NCBI GenBank assembly: GCA_014860395.1 | Contig: JACZJU010000119.1 | Coordinates: forward strand, 5,851-69,850 | Length of the DNA stretch: 64,000 bases | Reading direction: 5' to 3' | DNA from: Burkholderiales bacterium | Lineage (GTDB): Bacteria > Pseudomonadota > Gammaproteobacteria > Burkholderiales > SG8-39 | In this document: piece by piece, positions 51,484 through 61,113 of the stretch | Layout of the letters: each line of letters starts with the position of its first letter | Position numbering within the stretch: the stretch's first letter is position 1 | The notes under the pieces: model-generated | Told to the model about the DNA's origin: nothing | The model's database searches: none | What the model saw: only the letters and a program-made list of their open reading frames with translations | Position numbers and translations under genes: made by a program

Positions 51484-51542
51484 GTCCAACCTTTCAATCG
51501 ACCCGGACCGCCTCCAGCGGCCGGTTATTGCCGTCGTTGCAG
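51484..51542 (+). other. weak attC-like site candidate
   Basis: GTCCAAC (51484-51490) fits RYYYAAC and starts 2 nt after the GNAT stop. The inner stem is CCGG(a)CCGC / GCGGCCGG. The 3' core GTTGCAG (51536-51542) fits GTTRRRY only partly. Total length is 59 bp. Confidence 0.35.
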
Positions 51543-51596
51543 GGCAAATACTAGTCGTCGTCATGCCGTGGTCGAAGTCGATTGGAGAATTGCACG

Positions 51597-52208
51597 ATGA
51601 AGCTTTACGCCTCCCCCGCCAGTTCGTTTGCGCGCAAGATCCGCGTCATGTTGATCGAGAAGAACGTCAGCCACGAAGTGGAAATGGTCAACCTGTGGGA
51701 ACCCAACGAACTGCAAAAGGTCAATCCGATCGGCAAGGTCCCTGCGCTCAAGCTCGATGACGGGCGTGTTCTGATCAGTTCCCCGTTGATTGCTGACTAT
51801 GTGGACAGCAAGTATCCAAATCCCCGGTTCATCCCCGCGGACGCTGACGGCCGTACCGAAGTCAGACGCTGGGAGGCGCTCGCTGACGGCACCATGGACG
51901 CGGTTGGCACGAGTCTCTACGAGATGCGATTCCACGACGAAGCAAAACGCAGTCAGGCCTGGTTGGACCGGCAGCGAAGCAAGATCGACGCCGGGCTCGC
52001 TGCACTCGAAAGAATGCTGGGGAACCGCCCGTGGTGCGTTGGAGATGCGATGAGCCTCGCGGACATCGCGATCGCCTGTCACCTCGGCTTTGTTACTCTG
52101 CGCGTGCCGCACTACTTTCTGCAGGCACAATACCCGAACCTTGCGCGACTCTGGAAGTCCATGGAAGCACGCGAATCGCTGAAGAAGACAGCGCCGCCTC
52201 CGGGCTGA
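51597..52208 (+). CDS. glutathione S-transferase (YibF-like)
   Basis: ATG 51597 lies behind GGAGA. MKLYASPASSFARKIRVMLIEKNV.. resembles E. coli YibF along its length. Confidence 0.8.
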   Translation: MKLYASPASSFARKIRVMLIEKNVSHEVEMVNLWEPNELQKVNPIGKVPALKLDDGRVLISSPLIADYVDSKYPNPRFIPADADGRTEVRRWEALADGTMDAVGTSLYEMRFHDEAKRSQAWLDRQRSKIDAGLAALERMLGNRPWCVGDAMSLADIAIACHLGFVTLRVPHYFLQAQYPNLARLWKSMEARESLKKTAPPPG

Positions 52209-52333
52209 TACCCCAGACGCCATGGGTTCAGCTGGCAGGCGCTGCATGACTTTCGCAGGCACCGCGGCACGCGGCGCGGGTGATGCTGCGCATTGGGCCT
52301 CTTATACCGTGACCACTCGCCTTGCATTCTGGA

Positions 52334-52362
52334 TTGCACGCGAGTATCCCTTCGGATACAAT
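52334..52362 (+). promoter_or_regulatory. sigma-70-like promoter candidate for the toxin-antitoxin pair
   Basis: TTGCAC (52334-52339), a 17-nt spacer, then TACAAT (52357-52362). The predicted transcript start falls at or next to ATG 52370, which would give a leaderless mRNA. Confidence 0.4.
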
Positions 52363-52369
52363 GTCGCGC

Positions 52370-52669
52370 ATGAATACCTTTGAGCGCTCCGAGGAATTCG
52401 ATGCTTGGCTCTCCGGGCTGAAAGACAAAGTAGGTCGCGCCCGGATTGTCCATCGTATCCGCTCCGCCGAGCACGGAAATCTTGGCGATTGTGAGCCAGT
52501 GGGCGAAGGAGTCTCAGAAATGCGCGTTCACGTTGGACCGGGCTATAGAGCCTATTTCACACGACGTGCACAGGTGGTCTATTTGCTTCTCTTGGGCGGC
52601 GACAAGTCCTCGCAGAAGCGTGACATCAAACGTGCCATTGAGATGGCGCGGGCTTTAAACAAGGAGTGA
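52370..52669 (+). CDS. addiction-module killer protein (RelE/ParE superfamily, HigB-like; TIGR02683-type)
   Basis: MNTFERSEEFDAWLSGL.D...RARI..RI......GNLGD.EPVGEGVSEMR...GPGYR.YF.....VV.LL.GGDKSSQ..DI..A matches this family closely. ATG 52361 is an alternative start. Confidence 0.75.
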   Translation: MNTFERSEEFDAWLSGLKDKVGRARIVHRIRSAEHGNLGDCEPVGEGVSEMRVHVGPGYRAYFTRRAQVVYLLLLGGDKSSQKRDIKRAIEMARALNKE

Positions 52670-52672
52670 ACC

Positions 52673-52960
52673 ATGGCTAAATTTGCCCCCTTCGATGCTG
52701 CCGACTACCTCGATGATGAGGAGACTGTCGCAGAATACATAACCGCTGCACTGGAAGATCCCAATCCCGATGTTTTTCTAACTGCCGTGCGTGACGTGGC
52801 GCGCGCTCGCGGCATGGCACAACTCGCCAAAGATGCTGGTCTTGGCCGCGAAAGCCTTTACAAGGCACTGACACCTGGCGCTAAGCCACGCTACGACACG
52901 GTGCTCAAACTGCTGCATGCGCTCGGCGTCAAGCTCTCGGCTTCCCCCGTTCATTCGTGA
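52673..52960 (+). CDS. addiction-module antidote protein (HTH, HigA-like; TIGR02684-type)
   Basis: 95 aa, starting 3 nt after the toxin stop. It has FD.A.YL..EE....Y...AL.....F..A...VARARGM.Q.A...GL.RESLYKAL....P....V.K.L.ALG. Confidence 0.75.
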   Translation: MAKFAPFDAADYLDDEETVAEYITAALEDPNPDVFLTAVRDVARARGMAQLAKDAGLGRESLYKALTPGAKPRYDTVLKLLHALGVKLSASPVHS

Positions 52961-53123
52961 GTAACTTGCTGCTCCCCATCGCGAGGATCGACTATTCATT
53001 GGTGCGGGTGCCTACCGTCGCCGCGCAATCTGGAGGTTGGCGTCACGATGAACCCATCCGCGCTCCCGTGCCAAGCCCTCAACCCGACTCCCACCGACCG
53101 GCGAACCGAAAGGAGAAACGATC

Positions 53124-53570
53124 ATGCCCACAGGCACCATCCGGCTTCACCGCGTCCTCCGTGCGAATCCGGAGCGCGTCTATCGGGCATTTTTGGACGC
53201 CGACGCGATGGCCAAGTGGCTTCCGCCCTACGGGTTCACCTGCAAGGTTCACCACCTGGACGCCAAAGCGGGCGGCACCTTCAGGATGTCGTTCACGAAT
53301 TTCACCACGGGCAACGGTCATTCTTTTGGCGGCGAATATCGTGAACTCGTGCCGTTCACGACGATACGCTATACGGACAAATTCGACGATCCGAATTTGC
53401 CCGGAGAAATGCTGACGACGGTGAGCTTGAAGCAGGTGTCCTGCGGAACCGAGCTCGACGTAGTGCAAGAGGGGCTGCCTGAAGCCATTCCGCTCGAGAT
53501 GTGCTATCTCGGCTGGCAGGAGTCGCTCGCGCAGCTTGCGAAACTCGTCGAGTCCGAGATTCCGGATTGA
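53124..53570 (+). CDS. SRPBCC/AHSA1-domain protein
   Basis: 148 aa. It has R.L.A.PERVY.AF.D...M.KW, typical of the Aha1/START-like family. The RBS is AAAGGAGAA. Confidence 0.8.
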   Translation: MPTGTIRLHRVLRANPERVYRAFLDADAMAKWLPPYGFTCKVHHLDAKAGGTFRMSFTNFTTGNGHSFGGEYRELVPFTTIRYTDKFDDPNLPGEMLTTVSLKQVSCGTELDVVQEGLPEAIPLEMCYLGWQESLAQLAKLVESEIPD

Positions 53571-53594
53571 CGAGGCGGCTGATCTGCGCTGCAG

Positions 53595-53622
53595 GAAAAA
53601 ACGGTCGTCAACGCGTTTGACG
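53595..53622 (-). terminator. rho-independent terminator after the livF-like gene
   Basis: On the minus strand: cgtcaa-acgcg-ttgacg followed by accgTTTTTTcc. It lies 14 nt after the livF-like stop. Confidence 0.5.
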
Positions 53623-53635
53623 CGACGCCGCGCGG

Positions 53636-54371
53636 CTACAGGCCCAGATACCCCGCCCGCAGGGTTTCATCCGCCATCAATTGCGTGCCCGAGCCCTCGG
53701 CGATGATGCGCCCCTGCGACAGGACGTAGTTGCGATCCGCCATTTCGAACACCGCGCCGACCTCCTGCTCCACCAGCAGCACGGCGATGCCGCTCTGGTG
53801 TATCTGCTCGATCGCGGCGAACAGCTCCTGGCGGATCTTGGGCGCGAGGCCGAGGGAAGGCTCGTCGATGCACAGCAGCGCGGCTTCGAACATGAGGGAA
53901 CGCGCGGTGGACAGCATCTGCTGCTCGCCGCCGGAGAGCGTGCCCGAAATCTGGCCGGCGCGCTCTTTTAGCCGCGGGAACAGCTGGTAGCAGCGCTCCA
54001 GATTCTGGTCCAGTTCCGCCTTGCTGCGCGCGAGGTAGCCGCCCGCCTTCAGGTTTTCCAGGACGGTGAGTTCGCGAAACGGCCGGCGCCGCTCCGGGCA
54101 CAGCACCAGGCCCAGCTGGCGGATTTCGTGCGCCGGCAGGGTCTCGATCGCCTTGCCGTTGAATTTGATCGTGCCCTCGACTGCGATATCGCCGGTGGTG
54201 CCGCGCTTGGTCTGCGCTTCCCACTGCACCAGGCCGGAAATCGCGCGCAGCATGGTGGACTTGCCGGCACCGTTGGGGCCGACCACGCCCACCAGCTCGC
54301 CGTCGTTGACGCTAAGCGAGACGCCATTCAGCAGCTGCGCCTTGTCGTAGCGCACCGACAGCCCGGACACC

Positions 54372-54385
<14 letters not shown>
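53636..54385 (-). CDS. HAAT-family ABC transporter ATP-binding protein (LivF-like)
   Basis: 249 aa with Walker A GPNGAGKST, the signature LSGGEQQML, and Walker B LLCIDEPSLGL. Confidence 0.85.
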
Positions 54386-55145
<760 letters not shown>

Positions 55146-55155
55146 CGGGTCTCGT

Positions 55156-56862
55156 TCAGCTTGCGTGCTCGTCGCGCAGCTCGCGCCGCGACACCTTGCC
55201 CACATCGGTCTTGGGCAGCTCGCCGCGGAACTCGATGATATGCGGCACCTTGTACTCGGCCAGGCTCTCCCTGCAGTAGGCGAGGACATCGTCTTCGGAC
55301 AGCTTGCCGCGCGCTTCCGGCTGCAGCACCACGATGGCCTTGATCTTCTGTCCCACCGCCGGATCGGGCACGCCGATCACGCCCGCCGCCTTGATATTCG
55401 GGTGTTCGTAGAGCACATCCTCGATGTCCTTGGCGAAGACCGAGTAGCCTTTGTACTTGATCAAGTCCTTGCTGCGGTCGAAGAAGTGGAAATAACCCTC
55501 TTCGTCCATGCGCACGATGTCGCCGGTGCGCATCCAGCGCTTGCCGTCGATGTCGAGGAACACCTTGGCCGATTCTTCGGGCTTCTCCCAGTAGCCGAGC
55601 ATGACGTTGGGCCCCTTGAGGATCAGCTCGCCCGTCTCGCCCACCGGAACGAACCCGGTCCCTTCGGGTTCGATCACCGCTGCCATCACGTTCGGGATCG
55701 GCAGGCCGAAGGACCCGGGCTTGGGGCGGGTGCGCGGATTGACATGGCTCGCGGCGCAGGTTTCGGACAGGCCGTAGCCCTCGGTGATCGACGATTCGGT
55801 GCGCTTCGCCCAGTCCTTCATCGTCGATTCGTGCAGGGTATCGGCGCCGGAGATCAGCATTTTCAGGCGCTTCCAGTTGACCTTGTTGGTGTCCTTGTGG
55901 TCCTTGAGATATTCGTACAGCGTCGGCACGCCGTAGAACACCGTGGCCTTGTATTTTTCCATCGCCTCGAGGATGCCCTCGGTGTCGGGCGTGGTGAACA
56001 GCACCAGGGTCTGGCCCTGTATCAGGCCGTTCAGCATCAGCACCACCTGGCCGTAGATGTGGAAGAACGGCAGAAAGGCGATGATCACTTCTTTGCCTTC
56101 CTCGAACCCCGGAAACGCAGCCTGCCCCGACACCTGCGCGGCGATCAGGTTGTAATGCGTCAGCATCACCCCCTTGGGATTGCCGGTGGTGCCGCCGGTA
56201 TAAGGCAGCGCGGCGAGGTCGGTCTTCGGGTCGATGTCGACCTTGGGCGGATTGGCGGAGGCTTGCGCGAGCAGGTCCTGGAACTGATGCACGTTGGCGC
56301 GCTTGGGGATGTTCGGCGCACCTATCTTGACGTCGCCGAAAATTTTGCCGAGAAAAGTCTTGCCGAGGAATTTCTTCAGCCCCGGCAGGTATTCGCTCAC
56401 GTTGGTGACGACGATGTGGTCCAGCGTTGCGCCGGATTTCTCCACCTTGTCGAACAGAATGTCCTGGCAGATCACCACGCGCGCGCCGCTGTTGTCCAGC
56501 TGGAACTTGACTTCATGACTGGTGTAGACCGGGCTGATCGGAGTGACGGTGCAGCCGAGCTTCAGCGCGGCGAAATAGGCGATGACGAACTGCGGGCTGT
56601 TGAGCAGATACAGGCCGACGCGGTCGCCTTTCTTCAGCCCGAAACTGGCGAGCGCGCTGGCGAGGCGGTCGGTGTGTTCGCGCAATTCGCGGAAACTGAT
56701 TTCGCGGCCGTAGAACACCAGCGCGGTCTTGGCGCCGAATTTTTCGGTTGCCTCATCGAAGGCCCGCGGCACCGATTTCAGCGGCACCTCGGGGTTGGCG
56801 GGGACGCCGGACTCGTAGAATTTCAACCAAGGCCGGGACAGGTAAACCGACTTGGGATCCAT
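55156..56862 (-). CDS. long-chain/medium-chain acyl-CoA ligase (AMP-binding, FadD-like)
   Basis: 568 aa with LPYTGGTTGNPKGVMLTH, the GYGLSET motif, and a C-terminal lysine motif PKTDVGKV. Confidence 0.85.
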   Translation of the reverse strand: MDPKSVYLSRPWLKFYESGVPANPEVPLKSVPRAFDEATEKFGAKTALVFYGREISFRELREHTDRLASALASFGLKKGDRVGLYLLNSPQFVIAYFAALKLGCTVTPISPVYTSHEVKFQLDNSGARVVICQDILFDKVEKSGATLDHIVVTNVSEYLPGLKKFLGKTFLGKIFGDVKIGAPNIPKRANVHQFQDLLAQASANPPKVDIDPKTDLAALPYTGGTTGNPKGVMLTHYNLIAAQVSGQAAFPGFEEGKEVIIAFLPFFHIYGQVVLMLNGLIQGQTLVLFTTPDTEGILEAMEKYKATVFYGVPTLYEYLKDHKDTNKVNWKRLKMLISGADTLHESTMKDWAKRTESSITEGYGLSETCAASHVNPRTRPKPGSFGLPIPNVMAAVIEPEGTGFVPVGETGELILKGPNVMLGYWEKPEESAKVFLDIDGKRWMRTGDIVRMDEEGYFHFFDRSKDLIKYKGYSVFAKDIEDVLYEHPNIKAAGVIGVPDPAVGQKIKAIVVLQPEARGKLSEDDVLAYCRESLAEYKVPHIIEFRGELPKTDVGKVSRRELRDEHAS

Positions 56863-56993
56863 GGACTCCTCGGGCAGGTGACACCGCTCTATCGGCGGCT
56901 GCGCGATATTAATATTGAATTTGCGCCTATACTGCCATGTGCCCCGTTCGCGGGCAAGTACAAGCGTAGAAACAGAGAAGCTTCGCGTTTATC

Positions 56994-57623
56994 ATGGATC
57001 CAATAGTCAGCCGCGCCATGGCGAAATGGCCGAACGTGCCTGCGGTCTACGGCTGGCTCGCGCTCGACCGCCGCGGCCGCTGGTTGATCAAAAGCGTGAC
57101 TCCAGCCGCAGCGGACGCCGAAGCCGGCTTCGAGCCCATCGGCAATGAGAAGCTGATCGAATTCGTCGGCCGCAACTACACGCATGACGAGCAGGGCTGC
57201 TGGTATTTCCAGAACGGCCCGCAGCGGGTCTACGTCGACCTGGCCTACACGCCCTACGTTTATCGCATCGCGCACGCGCATCCGCTGGCGTTCGAGACGC
57301 ATACGGGCATGCCCTGCGCCGAGCTGCAGTCGGTTTGGATGGACGAGGCGGGGAACCTGCTCTTCGCCACCGAGCACGGGCCGGGACTGCTGCTCGATCG
57401 CGACCTGCCGCGAGGGCTGGAAGCGCTGGCGTACGCGGACGGGCATGCACTGGAAGAGGAACAGCTGATCGCCCTGATCGAAGAGGGGGGCGATGCGGCA
57501 GGCGTGTACTTCAACACCGGCGCCGCCAGCCTGCCGCTGGCGCTGATGCGTGAGGAAGAAGCGCCGCGGCGCCTGGGCTATGTGCGCGAGCCGCGACCGT
57601 CGGCTGGGCAGTCTGGGTGCTGA
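56994..57623 (+). CDS. conserved hypothetical protein (family not recognised with confidence)
   Basis: 209 aa with coding-like composition, starting MDPIVSRAMAKWPNVPAVYGWLALDRRGRW..FQNGPQRVYV. I cannot name the domain family from memory. Confidence 0.55.
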   Translation: MDPIVSRAMAKWPNVPAVYGWLALDRRGRWLIKSVTPAAADAEAGFEPIGNEKLIEFVGRNYTHDEQGCWYFQNGPQRVYVDLAYTPYVYRIAHAHPLAFETHTGMPCAELQSVWMDEAGNLLFATEHGPGLLLDRDLPRGLEALAYADGHALEEEQLIALIEEGGDAAGVYFNTGAASLPLALMREEEAPRRLGYVREPRPSAGQSGC

Positions 57624-57725
57624 AGTCCCTGTTCGAAGGCACGGGATTCGGCGGATTCGAGCTGTGAAGTTGCGCACTGCGCGCGGTTACGGTTAAAACC
57701 GATTGCAGCGTGGGTTTTCATACGA

Positions 57726-57931
57726 GATCGCCGCTCGTGCGCGGACACGCTTTACCTCCGCGCACGAGCGGCGATCCGCGCGGACGGGCCGCCGTCCGCG
57801 CAAGTCCTGCCGCCGCAGCTCGAAGTGTGTCGCCGCGTCAGTCGGGGGCGGGGATCGGCCATTGCGCGCTCGCGCGCGCCAACCGTCTTTTTGGTACGGA
57901 GATGAAGCGTGACCGTACCAAAAAGACGGTT
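57726..57931 (+). repeat. 206-bp composite hairpin repeat, copy C (same architecture as 35133-35338)
   Basis: Hairpin 1 is 57726-57776 (20-bp arms). Hairpin 2, 57778-57801, is identical to 35185-35208. An 80-nt spacer ends in the GC box. Hairpin 3 is 57881-57931. Confidence 0.8.
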
Positions 57932-58020
57932 ATGTTGAAAAACAGGGACAGCGCGGGTTCCCAGTCCGCGCAACATCGTAGTTCGGCAATAACCGCGGGA
58001 CGCGATTGCAGCCGCAAGGT

Positions 58021-58998
58021 TCAACCCGGCACCAGAACCACCTTGCCCTTGACCTTGCGCTCCATCACGTCCTTGAGCGCTTGCGCCGCCTGAGCGAGCG
58101 GATAGGCCGCGCTCACCAGCGGCTTCAGCTTGCCGCCGGCGATCCAGCCCAGCAGTTCGCGCACGTTGGCCTCGTTCTTCTGCGGTTCCTTGCGCGTGAA
58201 ATTGCCCCAGAACACGCCGACGATGGAGAAACCCTTCAACAGCGGCAGGTTGAGCGGAATCTTCGGGATTTCGCCGCCGGCGAAACCGATCACGAGATAA
58301 CGCCCACCCCAGGCCATGTCGCGCATCGCCGGCTCGGCGAACTTGTCGCCCACCGGATCGTAGACCACGTCCACGCCCTTGCCTTCGGTGAGGCGCTTCA
58401 CCGCCTCGCGCAGATCCTCTTTCGAATAATCGATGGTGGCGTCCGCGCCGAGTTTCCGGCACGCGTCCAGCTTGTCCTCGCTCGACGCGGCGGCGATCAC
58501 GCGCGCGCCCATGAGCTTGCCCAATTCGACCGCGGCGCTGCCGACGCCGCCGGCGGCGCCCAGTACCAACAGGGTTTCGCCCGCCTTGAGCGCAGCGCGG
58601 TCCTTGAGTGCGTGGTAGGAGGTGCCGTAGGTCATCATGAAGGATGCGGCGACCTTGAAGTCCACGCCCGGCGGCATGGGGATGCAGGAGCGCGCATCCA
58701 CGGCGACTTCCTCGGCATAGCCGCCGTAGCCGGCGTAGGCGATGACCGCATCGCCGGGTTTGGGCCGTTGCACGCCCTCGCCGACCGCCTTCACGATGCC
58801 CGCAAGTTCAGTTCCGGGCGAAAACGGGAACGGCGGCTTCATCTGGTACTTGCCCTGAATGATCAGCGCGTCGGGAAAATTGACACCGGCCGCCTTCATG
58901 CTGACCACCACTTGCCCCGGCGCAGGCGCCAGCGCGGGAACGTCTTCTATGACTAGCGTATCGGGCAGACCGTATTGTTTGCAAAGCACTGCTTTCAT
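58021..58998 (-). CDS. qor: NADPH:quinone oxidoreductase (zeta-crystallin-like MDR)
   Basis: ATG 58998 (MKAVLCKQYG..) lies inside the 59064 ORF. It has GVNFPD, PFSPG.E.AG and the Rossmann motif LVLGAAGGVGSAAV. Confidence 0.8.
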   Translation of the reverse strand: MKAVLCKQYGLPDTLVIEDVPALAPAPGQVVVSMKAAGVNFPDALIIQGKYQMKPPFPFSPGTELAGIVKAVGEGVQRPKPGDAVIAYAGYGGYAEEVAVDARSCIPMPPGVDFKVAASFMMTYGTSYHALKDRAALKAGETLLVLGAAGGVGSAAVELGKLMGARVIAAASSEDKLDACRKLGADATIDYSKEDLREAVKRLTEGKGVDVVYDPVGDKFAEPAMRDMAWGGRYLVIGFAGGEIPKIPLNLPLLKGFSIVGVFWGNFTRKEPQKNEANVRELLGWIAGGKLKPLVSAAYPLAQAAQALKDVMERKVKGKVVLVPG

Positions 58999-59108
58999 CG
59001 GATGGCTCTCCTGGCGCTGGGTGATTCCTGAAGCATGATACCTGTGTTGCGGCCGCGGGCTCAATTGTCAAGCCGGTACCACCGGTCTTTCGCCTGCGTT
59101 ACCGACCA

Positions 59109-59138
59109 AAGAAAAAGCCGGCCTGGGCCGGCTTTTTC
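59109..59138 (-). terminator. rho-independent terminator after rhlE
   Basis: aaaaagccggcc-tgg-gccggcttttt is a symmetric hairpin with A/T tracts on both sides. On the minus strand it is followed by ttttctttgg. It lies ~17 nt after the rhlE stop. Confidence 0.6.
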
Positions 59139-59154
59139 GATGCGAGCAGCTCGC

Positions 59155-60471
59155 TTAGTACGCGAACGAACGCCTGCCCGAATCGCGGCTGTTTCTGCCG
59201 CCGGCACGGGATGCGGGTTGGCGCGGCGCATTCTGGCCGCGGTTGCCGGCCGGCTTGCGCGGGGCGTTCGAAGGGCGGCGTTGCTGCTGGCCGCGCTTGC
59301 CCTGGACGATGGGCTCGGCCTTGATGCGCGGGTCGATCTCGAATCCGGGCACGATTTCTTTCTTGATCTCGCGCTTGGTCAGGCGCTCGATGTCGCGCAG
59401 CAGACCGAGTTCGTCCACGCACACCAGCGACAGGGCTTCGCCGCTCGAACCGGCGCGGCCGGTGCGGCCGATACGGTGCACGTAATCGTTGGCTACGTGC
59501 GGCAGTTCGAAATTGACCACATGGGGCAGCTCGTCGATATCGAGGCCGCGCGCGGCGATGTCGGTCGCGACCAGGACGCGGAGTTTGCCGCTCTTGAATT
59601 CGGTGAGCGCGCGCGTGCGCGCCGGCTGGCTTTTGTTGCCGTGGATGGCGTCGGCGCGGATGCCGGACTTGACCAGCTTCTCTGCGAGGTTGTTGGCGCC
59701 GTGCTTGGTGCGCGTGAATACCAGCACCTGCTTCCAGTCGCCGGTGGTGATCAGGTGCGCGAGCAGATCCTTCTTGCGTTCGCGGTCCACCGGGTGCACG
59801 CGCTGCTCGATCAGCTCGGCGGCGGCGTTGCGGCGCGCGACTTCGATCAGCAGCGGGTCGTGCATGAAGCCGTCGGCGAGCCGCTTGATTTCGTCGGAGA
59901 ACGTAGCCGAGAACAGCAGGTTCTGGCGCTGCTTCGGCAGATGCGCGAGCACCTTGCGGATGTCGGGAAGGAAACCCATGTCGAGCATGCGGTCGGCTTC
60001 GTCCAGCACCAATACCTGGACCTTGGACAGATCCACAGTGCGCTGCGACAGGTGGTCGAGCAGGCGGCCTGGCGTCGCGACCAGAATATCGATGCCGCGC
60101 TTCAAGGCCTGCACCTGCGGATGGAAGCCGACGCCGCCGTATACCGACAGCGACCTGATTTTGGGTAGATGCTTGCCGTAGGTGAAAACGCTCGCCTGCA
60201 CCTGGGCCGCGAGCTCGCGCGTCGGCACCAAGATCAGCGCGCGCACGGCCGTGCGGCCTTGCGGCCCGCCGGCTTGCTCGGCGAGTTTATGCAGGATGGG
60301 CAGGGTGAAGCCTGCGGTCTTGCCGGTGCCGGTCTGGGCGCCGCCCATGACGTCGCGGCCGGCGAGCACAGCGGGAATCGCCTGTGCCTGTATCGGGGTA
60401 GGTTCGGTATAGCCTTGCTCGCCGACGGCAAGCATAAGCTCGGCGCGCAGGCCGAGTGCGGAAAAAGACAT
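59155..60471 (-). CDS. rhlE: ATP-dependent DEAD-box RNA helicase
   Basis: 438 aa with a Q motif, [12 protein letters not shown] (VLDEADRM), [13 protein letters not shown], and a basic Arg/Gly-rich tail. Confidence 0.9.
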   Translation of the reverse strand: MSFSALGLRAELMLAVGEQGYTEPTPIQAQAIPAVLAGRDVMGGAQTGTGKTAGFTLPILHKLAEQAGGPQGRTAVRALILVPTRELAAQVQASVFTYGKHLPKIRSLSVYGGVGFHPQVQALKRGIDILVATPGRLLDHLSQRTVDLSKVQVLVLDEADRMLDMGFLPDIRKVLAHLPKQRQNLLFSATFSDEIKRLADGFMHDPLLIEVARRNAAAELIEQRVHPVDRERKKDLLAHLITTGDWKQVLVFTRTKHGANNLAEKLVKSGIRADAIHGNKSQPARTRALTEFKSGKLRVLVATDIAARGLDIDELPHVVNFELPHVANDYVHRIGRTGRAGSSGEALSLVCVDELGLLRDIERLTKREIKKEIVPGFEIDPRIKAEPIVQGKRGQQQRRPSNAPRKPAGNRGQNAPRQPASRAGGRNSRDSGRRSFAY

Positions 60472-60638
60472 GTATTGCTCCTGGTATCGGCCTGTCGACG
60501 ATTGGTTACGCGATGCCAGTCCAGGCAGAAGATTTTTGGTTAATTCGGGGAACTAAAGCAGAACCGCGAGAGCAGCGGACAGACTGGGATTGAACGATGC
60601 GGGGCGGATTATACAGACTGCGCGGCATCCGGGGGGAT

Positions 60639-61103
60639 TTATTTTTGTCCCTGTCTTTCCTCTCCCGCCCAGCGTTTCAGGGACTTCGCAATGCGCGCGG
60701 GCTCGAAATCCATCTGCGCCAGCGCGACGCCGCGGTCGAACACTTCGCCGTAACGGGCAATCAGGCCGTTCTGCAGCCGGACCTGGGCGATGCCGGAGAA
60801 GTAGATCCGTTTGCCTTCGCTGCCCGCGATCTTTGAGACGTAGGAAAAGTCGTAGCGCGCGTAACCGAGTTTGCCGTCGCTTAAGGCGTCGGACAGCGCC
60901 CAGGTAAAGTCGCTGGCATTGGCGTGAAAATGCTTTTCGACCATTTCGCGGATCGCTTCGCGACCGCGGAACTCGCCGTAGAAGCCGTCGTGATAGCTCC
61001 CGTCCGGAACAAAGCAGGCTGCCGCCGCGCCACCGTCGCCGCGGCAGATCGCCTGCGTCATGCGCTCTAGCAATGCGCGGAACTGCGCCGATTCGCTTTC
61101 CAT
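60639..61103 (-). CDS. NTF2/SnoaL-like fold protein (hypothetical)
   Basis: ATG 61103 (MESESAQFRALLERM..) lies inside the 61262 ORF, 10 nt after the upstream gene stop. Its ~154 aa size and the pattern F..DG.....F.G.EAI..... fit SnoaL-like proteins. Confidence 0.5.
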   Translation of the reverse strand: MESESAQFRALLERMTQAICRGDGGAAAACFVPDGSYHDGFYGEFRGREAIREMVEKHFHANASDFTWALSDALSDGKLGYARYDFSYVSKIAGSEGKRIYFSGIAQVRLQNGLIARYGEVFDRGVALAQMDFEPARIAKSLKRWAGEERQGQK

Positions 61104-61113
61104 TTTGCAGCCG

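Noticed and set aside
52209-53123. Further attC sites after the GST gene and after the antitoxin gene
   Set aside because: 52209-52360 contains no AAC..GTT core pair at all. In 52958-53042 the candidate cores (gagtaac / gttggcg) pair poorly and no inner L-box stem exists. The cassette interpretation is therefore limited to 47.7-51.5 kb.
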